DNA of 63,866 nucleotides, the filler included, from Craspedostauros australis (Eukaryota), in assembly GCA_030167865.1 (NCBI GenBank). It is 12 parts of 12 records of this genome, joined end to end, with 100 filler letters (N's around TTAATTAATTAA, not from the genome) between each part and the next. Parts side by side here need not be neighbours in the genome. Positions count along the whole stretch, not along the records: positions 36,946 to 41,401 come from JALAGF010003726.1; positions 41,502 to 43,948 come from JALAGF010003727.1; positions 44,049 to 46,475 come from JALAGF010003728.1; 9 more parts are not named here. One strand, 5' to 3'. Every line of letters starts with the position of its first letter. The first letter of the stretch is position 1. The notes under the pieces are model-generated. The model searched no databases, was not told the origin of the DNA, and saw nothing but the letters and a program-made list of their open reading frames with translations. This document shows, piece after piece, positions 36,947 to 46,575 of this stretch. The translations under genes were made by a program, and so were the position numbers.

Positions 36947-38245
36947 GGAATGGACGAGGGACAACCATCGATGATGGAAGCAGGGGATTCCGCGGGCAAT
37001 CCGCAGGATGTGATGGATCAGCCATCCGCAGTTGCGGCCACCACGGCGAATGGCCCACTTGTACATTGTGAGCAGGGACTTGAGCAGCGTCTCAAACACA
37101 ACGAGGTCCTTCGCCACAAACTGGCCAAGCTGCGGCAGCAACGCGCGCAGTTGCAGTCACTGGAACATCAGCTGGACACGTCCTCTCAGCAGCTGCATCA
37201 CCAACTTTACGTCCGGCAGCAGGAGCAGATGGAGACCTGCCAACGCTACCACAGCGTGGTCAAGCAGCTGCAGCAGCTCCATGGATTCCAGCAACGCGCA
37301 AAGATGTGGAACGTGCTCAACGATTGCTTTCCCATTTGGCATTCCGGTCCCTTTGGCACCATCAATGGCTACCGGTTGGGTCTGGAGGCACCTCCCATGC
37401 CTGCCATCATTCGTCAGGACTTTCACGGCGGATACGGTGGCGACGGCTTTCACAGCTCTGGTGGGACCATGATGACTGTCAGCAAGTCGATCGGCGGCGG
37501 TTCTCCAAACGCCAACGCAGATTCCAACGCGAGTGCAAGCGCAAGTGCAAGCGCAAGTGCAAGCAATTCATCTCAGTCGCACCCAAACCAGCCTCCGACA
37601 CAGCCGCGCAGGTACCTCTTCTTCTCCTCTTCCTCCGCTTCGGTGGCACCGGAGCCTGCGACACGTGCGGCCATGGACTCGACGACATCGTCTGCATCGA
37701 CATCCATGTCACCCTTCTCGATGTTGCAGGGAGGCAACTCGTCGGTGGCGCCCATCAAAACTGTGCCGCAGCTCACCATGGTCACCATATCTTGGAACGA
37801 GATCAACGCGGCGCTGGGACAGGTCGTCTTCCTGCTGCAGATCCTGCAGGAGCGATCCACCATCCGCTACATGCACGACCTGCACCCCATGGGCAGCACC
37901 AGCAGGATCGGCATCCGGTTCCAATCCAACGCCCAGAAGCCATCCGTTTACAACCTCTATTACCAGGACACCTCCTTCTCTCTCTTCGGCAGACGCAACT
38001 TCAATATCGCGCTGCACGCCATGATGCAATGCATCCACGACGCCGCCAGCGTCATCCATCAACGCGATCGCACCATCATACTGCCGCACTCCGTGCAGAA
38101 GGCACCCAGCAACGAATTCCGCGTTGGTGGGTTGTCCGTATCCTACACCGGAAGCAACGGTGTGGAATGGACCCGCGTCATGAAGTACGTGCTCACCAAC
38201 GTCAAGTGGTTGATTGCGTATTCTGCCAAACACGTCGATGTGTAG
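36947..38245 (+). CDS. ATG6: Autophagy protein Atg6/Beclin-1 (coiled coil + BARA domain), probably 5' partial
   Basis: NVLNDCFPIWHSGPFGTINGYRLG, WNEINAALGQVVFLL, LHPMGSTSRI and WTRVMKYVLTNVKWL motifs. Confidence 0.92.
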   Translation, partial: GMDEGQPSMMEAGDSAGNPQDVMDQPSAVAATTANGPLVHCEQGLEQRLKHNEVLRHKLAKLRQQRAQLQSLEHQLDTSSQQLHHQLYVRQQEQMETCQRYHSVVKQLQQLHGFQQRAKMWNVLNDCFPIWHSGPFGTINGYRLGLEAPPMPAIIRQDFHGGYGGDGFHSSGGTMMTVSKSIGGGSPNANADSNASASASASASASNSSQSHPNQPPTQPRRYLFFSSSSASVAPEPATRAAMDSTTSSASTSMSPFSMLQGGNSSVAPIKTVPQLTMVTISWNEINAALGQVVFLLQILQERSTIRYMHDLHPMGSTSRIGIRFQSNAQKPSVYNLYYQDTSFSLFGRRNFNIALHAMMQCIHDAASVIHQRDRTIILPHSVQKAPSNEFRVGGLSVSYTGSNGVEWTRVMKYVLTNVKWLIAYSAKHVDV

Positions 38246-38367
38246 CTCGTAGGGAAAGGGAGAGGACGAGGGCGAGGCATGTCGGTCAGTAGGTCGGTCG
38301 GTCGGTCCAACAGTGTCATATTACTCGGGTTAACCCAACTCTATCAGGGAAGATAGTCGCTATAATA

Positions 38368-38460
38368 TCATACATACATACATACATACATACCGTACGA
38401 CTATGAGTACCACAAGTACTACGTATAATACTACATATGGTACATACCAAACCAAACCAT
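38368..38460. repeat. Compound microsatellites (TACA)n, TAC-rich and (AACC)n in the ATG6 3' region
   Basis: Read directly from the sequence. Confidence 0.8.
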
Positions 38461-38658
38461 TCGGCTTTCGCGGATGGTGGTTGGTGATGTGCGCGATGAT
38501 GATGTTGCCAGAGTTGTGCACTCTAGACACAGCACGACTTCTATTTATTCGTGACTGCATGTATCCACGATTGATATCAACACATCAAAACACTGAGATC
38601 ACAACAGACAAATAAATAACTCAATGATTACATTAGAAATGTGCCATAAGGCTTTACC

Positions 38659-38698
38659 CTCGCCGCCGCAGGCCCCGTAGGGCCGTGCTTTGAGCGAG
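38659..38698 (-). promoter_or_regulatory. 3' UTR stem-loop capped by a cUACGg tetraloop (candidate RT-recognition element)
   Basis: Element-sense sequence CTCGC-TCAAA-GCAC-GGCCC-TACG-GGGCC-TGC-GGCG-GCGAG. Confidence 0.5.
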
Positions 38699-38716
38699 CT
38701 GTCGTGTGTTGTTCGG

Positions 38717-41401
38717 CTATGACAAACCCAACCAAGCCGCCAACGCCCGCCTCTCGGCGTGCATTGACCTCGATCGACGCCGCGCTCTCACCGCTGCGTG
38801 AACGGCTATCATAGCGTGCACCCACTGCTGCATTTGAACCTCGGTGCCATGTTCGACATGGCGTCCTTCCCGGAACAGCCGCATCTCCGCTTCGTTCATG
38901 TCCTGGCTTGCACTCTGCATCATTCGGCGGACCTTGCGCCGCAGGTCCTGTACCGTAGGATGCTGTTCTTCATCGTGCACTTTCGCATTCCGTGCCAACC
39001 ATATTTCCCAGGGGATTTTCCAGATCCATCGTACCATTTCTCGGGCCCAAGCATTGGCATCTGGGTACCGGCACTCATGCGTCGTCATCCAGCGGGCCTG
39101 GTGAAGAGCCCAGTCCTCATGGATGAACCCCAACATGAGAGGGTACCACCCAATGTCGCCTTGCGCATCGGTGGACCGAGTGTTCCGTCTCCATTTCACG
39201 AGGCCGACCCGCATGCGTTGGACCAGCCTTGGAGCTGTCCCAATCGTCACCATGCGATCAATGAGGCCGGAAGTAGCCTCGGTCCAAGCTTCGTGATGCT
39301 CCGGGCACCGTAGAACATGCTGAGTGGTCTCGTCGCTGTTGCAGAACTTGCACTTCGGCGTCTGTAGTTGACCGGTCTGATGGAGTTTGTGGTTGACCCC
39401 CACAAAGCCGGAAGCCCACTTGGAGATGAAACGAACAGTCCCCCGGTTCAATTTGGACTGCCGTGCCGTCTTGTACACTCGCCAATCGATCTGGTGAACC
39501 TGATTCCGATTCCACTGAAATTTGGTGGACCAGTACTTCATTGCTGATGCCGTCTGAAGGAGCTCGTTCATGGCCTCGGGATCCACGTGAGAATGGTCGG
39601 CGTCACGTAGGCGGAGCCTCCATCGACCTGTGGCGGTCACCCAGGTTTTCACGTGTGGTCTGGAGCCCGTGTCGGCCCAGAACTGTTTTGCTTTTGCGTC
39701 CGCCTCCACGTTGAGCCGTTCCAACAGCGTTAGTTTCTTGCCTGTGTCGTCCTGATGGCTTTTCACCCACTCCCACTTCAGGGTGGCTTTGATGCCACGT
39801 CGGAGCCGTCGGATCTCGGTGAGGATATCCCAGTGCCGTTGGTGTGGTCGTAGGTAGTCCTCTTGAGCTTGCAGGAGCGCTTGCTTACCGTCAAGAGCTA
39901 TGGTGATGGTACAGTCGTCCTGTAGTCCAGGGAGCTCAGCCACCATTGCAAGGGACGCCCAAATTCCGGCGAGCTCGCTTCTGTAGGCGCTCTGGACCTC
40001 TGGCGGTCCTGGGACGAACGTATGGCAGTAGACGTACTCCCTGGTCTGGACATCGTATGCGATCGATGTCGACGTGCCCCGCTGATCCTTGAACGAACCG
40101 TTGCTCACGAGAACCAAATTACCCCTGTTCGCGGACCGTGCCACTTCCTGAAAGGGGATGGTCCCTCGCATGTTTTCGATGGGCTCGTATGCAGGAGCTG
40201 GCTCCTCAAGAGGGCATGTCAGTCCGATATGGCCGTCCCATTCGATGCCCTGTGTAGTGTAAACAACAGAGACTCGTTTGAGGCCGGCTGGGACTTCAGT
40301 AGCAGGCGCGGCCAGAGAGTACTGCTGGCAGCGGGTGCGCCGTCGTGGAAGGGGTCGGTAACGAAGGACTGGATCAGCGTCCAGATCAAAAATATCATCC
40401 TGGTATGGTGCCTTCCACCAACGCCATGTCCCGTCCTCTCGCTGCCACCTACCGAGGGGCTTGTTCAAAAGCAGACCTCGAAAGCACATCGACTTGCACC
40501 ATTGTTGCCATTCCTTCCACCAGCCACTGGGGAGCCGTTCGGGTTGTCGTGCCCATTGCTGCGGCATTCCAGAAGTCAGAGTGCCATCGTGCGCTTCAGG
40601 CATGATTCTGGTGCCATCCGCGGAAACGATATCCGACAACCGCATCACCCCCATCTTATGGCGGACCATGTTCAGGTGATAGAGCTGTGCTCCCTTCACT
40701 TGCTGTTGGACCCATAAATCCATGAAGAAAGCATCGCCTCGCCGTTGGGGTTTCCAAGACGAAGTGAACTCGCACACTTCGATGCCTGTTCCCTGCACCT
40801 GTTTCCACAGGCCGGATACCCAGCATCTGGTTGCGCAGTGCCCCATTCTGGAGAACGAGTGTTGGAATAGAGATCCTCCCACACCCAGCTCTTCTTTGAG
40901 CGCTTGTATAGAGCAGACAATCATTTTGCCCGTCTGAGTTTCCCGGTGCACCTCGTCGAATGCCAGCTGGATCTGTGCCATCAACTGAGAATTCGCCGGG
41001 TTGACGATGCCCAAGCCACCGAGCGATTTCGTGCCGTACACTAAGTCCCGGGGTAGAGTCCGCGAGCATCCCATTTTGGGCAGGGCTGCCAGTAAGGCTG
41101 GGGCCATGATGTATCGCCACTGAAGTGGAGTTAGCTGGACAACCGGCATGACGTACTCGATGGATTTCATGAACCGCAGCGTGAGAGCCGACCTTGCGTC
41201 GTCCGTGGAGATCTGCGCCATACGCATCCTTCCACCGAAGTCTTCTGCTTTCTTCCGCAAGATCTGGATTTGCTCCTCGTTGTTCCCATCGAACGAGATA
41301 AACACCCCCAGTGTGAACACTGGTTGTGACATCGTCCTGCTCGGGATCACGGCGCTTCCTCCTCGGCCATCGTCAATGCTGATGGTTACCGAAGTCTCGC
41401 T
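38717..41401 (-). CDS. Non-LTR ORF2 C-terminal part: RT thumb (TLGV), RNase H, CCHC zinc knuckle (5' partial)
   Basis: VFTLGVFI and YGTKSLGGLG; RNase H VSNGS / SAYRSELAG / IALDG / WVKSHQD / LNVEADAKAK; CKFCNSDETTQHVLRC; WEIWLARNAKVH. Confidence 0.9.
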   Translation of the reverse strand, partial: SETSVTISIDDGRGGSAVIPSRTMSQPVFTLGVFISFDGNNEEQIQILRKKAEDFGGRMRMAQISTDDARSALTLRFMKSIEYVMPVVQLTPLQWRYIMAPALLAALPKMGCSRTLPRDLVYGTKSLGGLGIVNPANSQLMAQIQLAFDEVHRETQTGKMIVCSIQALKEELGVGGSLFQHSFSRMGHCATRCWVSGLWKQVQGTGIEVCEFTSSWKPQRRGDAFFMDLWVQQQVKGAQLYHLNMVRHKMGVMRLSDIVSADGTRIMPEAHDGTLTSGMPQQWARQPERLPSGWWKEWQQWCKSMCFRGLLLNKPLGRWQREDGTWRWWKAPYQDDIFDLDADPVLRYRPLPRRRTRCQQYSLAAPATEVPAGLKRVSVVYTTQGIEWDGHIGLTCPLEEPAPAYEPIENMRGTIPFQEVARSANRGNLVLVSNGSFKDQRGTSTSIAYDVQTREYVYCHTFVPGPPEVQSAYRSELAGIWASLAMVAELPGLQDDCTITIALDGKQALLQAQEDYLRPHQRHWDILTEIRRLRRGIKATLKWEWVKSHQDDTGKKLTLLERLNVEADAKAKQFWADTGSRPHVKTWVTATGRWRLRLRDADHSHVDPEAMNELLQTASAMKYWSTKFQWNRNQVHQIDWRVYKTARQSKLNRGTVRFISKWASGFVGVNHKLHQTGQLQTPKCKFCNSDETTQHVLRCPEHHEAWTEATSGLIDRMVTIGTAPRLVQRMRVGLVKWRRNTRSTDAQGDIGWYPLMLGFIHEDWALHQARWMTTHECRYPDANAWAREMVRWIWKIPWEIWLARNAKVHDEEQHPTVQDLRRKVRRMMQSASQDMNEAEMRLFREGRHVEHGTEVQMQQWVHAMIAVHAAVRARRRSRSMHAERRALAAWLGLS

Positions 41402-41501
41402 NNNNNNNNNNNNNNNNNNNNNNNNNNNNNNNNNNNNNNNNNNNNTTAATTAATTAANNNNNNNNNNNNNNNNNNNNNNNNNNNNNNNNNNNNNNNNNNN
41501 N

Positions 41502-42815
41502 TCCACGAACAATACAGACGACAACACCGCAGATGTGGTCAGAACGAAATGGTGGGAACCGTTTGTCAATTCCACGGCGCGTGTATTTCATGCGCATCCA
41601 GCATCCATGTCAAGTGAGAAAGGCATCCACGGCGTCCCTTTCAACCACATCCAGGCACCAGCACGGCACCATGCATGGTGCTCAACCCTGGGAACGGATG
41701 ATCATTACAAGAAAGCGACCACAACGGCAGCCCAGCCAGACTATTCAGCCCAGCCAGGCTATTCATTCATATACAATCAACCCAAGCTTCCCATGATTGG
41801 GATCCTCTATGTAAAGTCGCACAAGGCTTCATCCAGCACATGCGAAGGCGTGAATGAGCACATTGCACATCAAGTTGCAAAACGGCAGTTCGCACATATG
41901 ATGGCATCCACGGCAAATCACACATTGGCACCGCACCCTTCCAATCCAACTCATGCTGCCGGTGAATCAGCAGACTCTTATCCGTTCAGTCGCAACTTGG
42001 TGTGCCCGCATCAGAATCGTCATGAGTTTGCAAATGACAAATGGCACGGAGCCGACCGAAAGCCCGCACCTGAATCCTTGCTGTGGACAATGGTGCGACA
42101 GCCCAACAACCGTGATTTGTCACAGGTATATCATCTGCGCGTCTCACGCATGAAGTAGAAACCGACGGATGACAATGTCATCTCGATTCTGAGGCAACAT
42201 CGTCTGCGTGGGAGGCAGACACGATGTCTCTTGCCAAAGCGGGCCTTGGAACGGAAGGTCGCACCATCCGTCGTCCGCAACCATCCAGAACGCGTTGCCA
42301 ACATCATTCAAACGGAGATTCTGCGTCACTATGACTTCATCGGCGTCACGGAACGGATGGTGGAGTCGCTCGCCGTCATGACGTTGCTTTGGGACCTCAA
42401 ACCAGCCGACGTGGTCGTTCTCAGCGCTAAGCGGGCGGGCAATTATGATGACGGTGGGAAGCATCATGTTTGCACCAAGATTCAGCCCGTCCAGCGTACT
42501 GCGGCCGTACAGGAATACATGAAGTCCTACGATGCCTACGAGATCGAACACGCCGACTTTCTGCTATACGCTGCAGTGCAAGAGTCGTTGGACCGCACCA
42601 TCGCGTCGTTGGGAGTGCAACGCGTGCAGCAACGTGTCAACGAGATACGGCGGTTACAAAGTGCGGCGGAGGAGGAGTGCGAAGCCTCGGCCGTCTGTCC
42701 GTGTTCTTCGGATGGAACATACCAGGACGCGTCTGTGAAGAACTGCTATGTTCAGGACGCGGGATGCGGGTACCCTTGCGTCGATGCGCTTTTGGAGCAA
42801 CGCAGTGGTATGTAG
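41502..42815 (+). pseudogene. Galactose-3-O-sulfotransferase-like gene with one in-frame TAG at 42156-42158 (5' partial)
   Basis: PAPS-binding YVKSHKASSST, LWTMVRQP..R.LS, YDFIGVTERMVESL and CYVQDAGCGYPC. The two ORFs are in the same frame, separated only by the TAG. Confidence 0.7.
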
Positions 42816-43359
42816 AATGGGTCGGCAGCGTCACTTCCGACCAATCGATCATCAATCGGGGGCACTTGCGAAAAAGGGGAGTGCATTCACACAAGATGGC
42901 AGCAAGTCTATGGTTGCCAAGCCTGGTCGTTTCATGTCGCGCTGGATGAGAGGTCACCTCCTACCCACATGAAAATCGAGGAAGCCCATGGTGAAGATCC
43001 CCATCTCACTCTATCTTCCACTCTACTCCGCCCCCGCCATCTCTGTCACAGAGCGGATTTGGGTAAAGTACGCGGAGTAACAAGGATGCAACACAAGAAG
43101 CAAGCAAATGGATGAGACCGCAATATCACTCCACTTGTATTCAACTCGTACTCTTATTCGTACTTGTCCTCTTCCTCTTCCTCGTACAGCACTCTGCTCC
43201 ACTCTACTCGACTCTTATCCATAGTGGCAGCGGCGTGATGGGCGCAAAACTCGGAGAAATGGCGCCAACGAAACGCTGACTTGCGATGGGCGGAGAGAAC
43301 TTTGTGTGACAGGGATACACTTGCTCTTTTGGTTTGAACTCTTGAGAATGATCAGAACT

Positions 43360-43947
43360 TCATCTTGTGTCTGTTGGCTGTAATTCGGCAGGAGGAACCG
43401 CATCATGACGCTCGCCGATACCCTGCAACAAAGCTTGCGCCGTCTCGTGACCCACGCTCCTGACAAAGCCCGAGACCCAGCCTCGCGTGTTGGTATCGAA
43501 GATCGTGGACAGCTTGATATTTCGGTCGTACACTTCGTCCGTCCGAGTCCATTTCAAACCAGCCCGGGGATCTTCGCGGAATGTGAAGTGATGCCGATCA
43601 CCGACGTAATGATGAACTATGATTGGCGACAAGTTGGCATTCATGTGACCTTGCCCTTGCGTGCAGATGGCCTTGATCGGTCTGTGCGGATTGCAAGCGC
43701 GGTTGCCCAGATCCTTCTCTGGGTCGATGCCGGATACATCCACGATAGCCTTTCCCATGCCGCTGTTCTGAAACGGAAGGTGCCAGTTCCACCGGTATGT
43801 GTGGAACTTGGATTGCTTCCAGGTGGTGGACATGCCTTCGAATTCCGTCGTGTTGGCTGCTGCGATATCACGGCTCCTCTCGCGAGATCCAAACAGCAAC
43901 CGGCGGAAACCGACACAGGGACTCGAGATCATGGCGGAGATATTGGA
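43360..43947 (-). CDS. Glycosyltransferase family 92-like (GT-A) protein, C-terminal fragment
   Basis: PCVGFRRLLFGSRE, GKAIVDVS, NPHRP..IC, IVHHYVG and FREDPR are typical of the expanded diatom GT92-like family. Confidence 0.6.
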   Translation of the reverse strand, partial: SNISAMISSPCVGFRRLLFGSRERSRDIAAANTTEFEGMSTTWKQSKFHTYRWNWHLPFQNSGMGKAIVDVSGIDPEKDLGNRACNPHRPIKAICTQGQGHMNANLSPIIVHHYVGDRHHFTFREDPRAGLKWTRTDEVYDRNIKLSTIFDTNTRGWVSGFVRSVGHETAQALLQGIGERHDAVPPAELQPTDTR

Positions 43948-44048
43948 CNNNNNNNNNNNNNNNNNNNNNNNNNNNNNNNNNNNNNNNNNNNNTTAATTAA
44001 TTAANNNNNNNNNNNNNNNNNNNNNNNNNNNNNNNNNNNNNNNNNNNN

Positions 44049-46475
44049 GCAACAGTCATGAGGCAAGCACGCGAAGCACAACAGGCCGAGGTCAACAGAA
44101 AGAAGCTGGAGAAGCAACAACAAGAGCTCATTGAGAAAGACCGGATCATCGAGGAGTTAAGGGCGAAGCACGCTGAAGCAGAGCCTGACCACTCCGGGAC
44201 CCCCGGCTCAAGCACGGCAGGGGGCCAATCTCAAGACTAACGAAGGGCTGGAGGGCGGGGAAGCATCAACACCCACCTCCGCAAGCCCAACGGATGCAAC
44301 CGGGGAGGAAGTGCGTCGGAATGAGCACGGCCTCCAGGTCTCCCATTGGGGCGACAACCCTCGCGACAAAGGGCGCCAAGCAATACGAATAGGTGCCCTC
44401 AACGTGGGATGTCTTCCTGAAGAGACTGGTCACTGGAAGAACCGCGACACATGGGAGTGGACAAAGACAATGAAGCTCGACATGGTGCTGTTCTCCGAAA
44501 TTGGGTTGAACTGGTCAAAGGTAGCCAAACGCCACTCGTGGCACGCACGAATCAAAGGACAGTTCAACTCGTGGCGCCAAACCATGGCACACAATAAACA
44601 AGAGAAGATGGGGCCCATACGGCAATGGGGAGGCACAGGATGCCTACTAGTCGGCAGCGCAGCAGGACGACACAAAACCTCAGAGGACGACCCAAGAAAG
44701 TTGGGGAGGTGGTCCAGCATGACGCTCCGGGGGCGAAACGACAAGACGGTACGAATCGTAAGCGTCTACATCCCAACAAAGTCAGGGAAAGGGCCGCGCA
44801 CAGTCGCAAACCAACAGGCAGCATGGCTGGAATCCCAGGGAATCGAGACGCCACCGATCACGGTGCTTCTGGAAGACCTCGCAAACGAGATACAGAAATG
44901 GCATGGTCAAGGGGAAACAATCATCCTCGGCGGAGACATCAACATGAAGGTGACGAACTCGCAAATGGCGACCATGCTACACAGGCAAGGACTCAGAGAG
45001 GCTGTACTCAGCAAGCACCCACAAAAAGCTCCAGTCCCAACTCACATACGCGCAGAGACGGACAGAGTCATCGACGGCATCTGGGTCTCCGACTCAGTGG
45101 TGGTCCAGCGAGCAGGATATAGCAAGTTTGGGAGCTGGGACCACCGCACGGCGTGGATAGAGATATCAGGCGAGTCCATCTTCGGAGCNNNNNNNNNNNN
45201 NNNNNNNNNNNNNNNNNNNNNNNNNNNNNNNNNNNNNNNNNNNNNNNNNNNNNNNNNNNNNCAAAAGGCAGTGGAATCAGGATACGACAAAGCCAGGCTT
45301 CCACAACGAGCGGCGACCGTGCTAGCAACAGTACGACACAAACCAGACCCAACCGACGCGCTCATTGAAGAGATCGAAAGCATAGACAGGGAACGAGCAG
45401 AGATCATGCTACAAGCAGAGAAAGGATCCCGGCGAGTATTCGCAGGACGAGTGCCGTATTCACCGACAATCAAAACAGCAGCCATGAAAAAGAAATTCTG
45501 GGANATTGCGTGGAAACGAAGACAAGGAGCAAGGGTCAGCGCGCGATGGTACGANCGAGTGAAGAAGCAAGCGGGCATACGACAACCGACAGCGCATCTC
45601 ACCCAAGCAGANCTCCAGCAAAGACGGAAGNTAGCGCATGAACAATGGANNCGAGTAAAGCGCGACGNCCTCGAGCACCGACGCACATTCCTGGAACAAC
45701 GAGCTGACGAGATGGCCGAAGTTGGCAACACCTCCGCAAGCACCGCGCTGGCGGTACTCATCGCAAGGGAGGAGACTGCCAAAACATTTCGCTCCATCAA
45801 GCGAGCGATCCAGGGAGACTCCAGCGGAAGCAAAGTCACAATGGTCATCGCAACCGACAGCACAGGAGAGGAACGGACGTACAGCAAGGAACAAGATGTC
45901 ATCAGCCAATGCATGCAAGCCAACGAACAAAAATACAGGCAGGCATACGTGACGCCGCTGCAAACAGACAGCTTCAAGCGGAGTCTGGAGCACGGCGGGA
46001 TCGACCATGCGGCGAGGCGACACAGGCGGTCCATGGACCAGCACGCTCAGGCTCTGCTCGAGCAGCTGCAGTCCGCCAGTCTAGCGCCGTTATGGGAAGA
46101 GCATCGATTGGAAGTGCCGGTAAAGGAGCATCAGCAAGCCTGGGCGCGAGCACGGGAGCGTACGGCCTCAGGGCCCTCAGGACTGCACTTCGGAACGTGG
46201 AAAGCAAACGCAAAAGTGCTCGAGGTCGCAACTACGGACGCAGCCATGCGAGAGATATCCTTGCGTACAGGGTACAACCTGAAGCGATGGCTCAGATGCT
46301 CCGACATAACCCTGCTGAAGGAGGAAGGCAATTTCAGAGTCAACCGATTCCGAACAATCAGCTTGGTCGAAGGCGACTTCAACGCCAACTTGAAAAAGAT
46401 CGGAAGGGAGATGATGAGCCACGCCGAAGCCAACAGCCTGCTCCCAGAGGAACAATACGGCAGTCGCAAGCAACG
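44049..46475 (+). mobile_element. Non-LTR retrotransposon (Ambal-like) fragment: ORF1 end (stop 44238-44240) and ORF2 N-terminal half
   Basis: Overlaps the three following contigs in reverse complement. Scattered single Ns indicate collapsed copies. Confidence 0.9.
44161..46475 (+). CDS. Non-LTR ORF2 N-terminal part: APE endonuclease and start of reverse transcriptase
   Basis: APE motifs IRIGALNV, FSEIGLNW, IVSVYIP, ILGGDIN, VIDGIW, WDHR. RT N-terminal motifs SGPSGLHF, LLKEEG...FRTISLVEGDFN, EEQYGSR. The YxDD region is not in the window. The frame is open from 44161. Confidence 0.9.
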
Positions 46476-46575
46476 NNNNNNNNNNNNNNNNNNNNNNNNN
46501 NNNNNNNNNNNNNNNNNNNTTAATTAATTAANNNNNNNNNNNNNNNNNNNNNNNNNNNNNNNNNNNNNNNNNNNN

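Larger units (their letters stand above)
38650..41401 (-). mobile_element. Non-LTR retrotransposon (Ambal-like), 3' half with short 3' UTR; 3' boundary approximate
   Basis: ORF2 C-terminal half carries the end of RT, RNase H and a CCHC finger, followed by a short GC-rich UTR and then AT-rich host sequence. Confidence 0.88.

Noticed and set aside
42156..42158. Stop-codon reassignment (TAG as sense)
   Set aside because: Other genes here (SGNH hydrolase, ATG6, the 69-aa microprotein) terminate normally at TAG.
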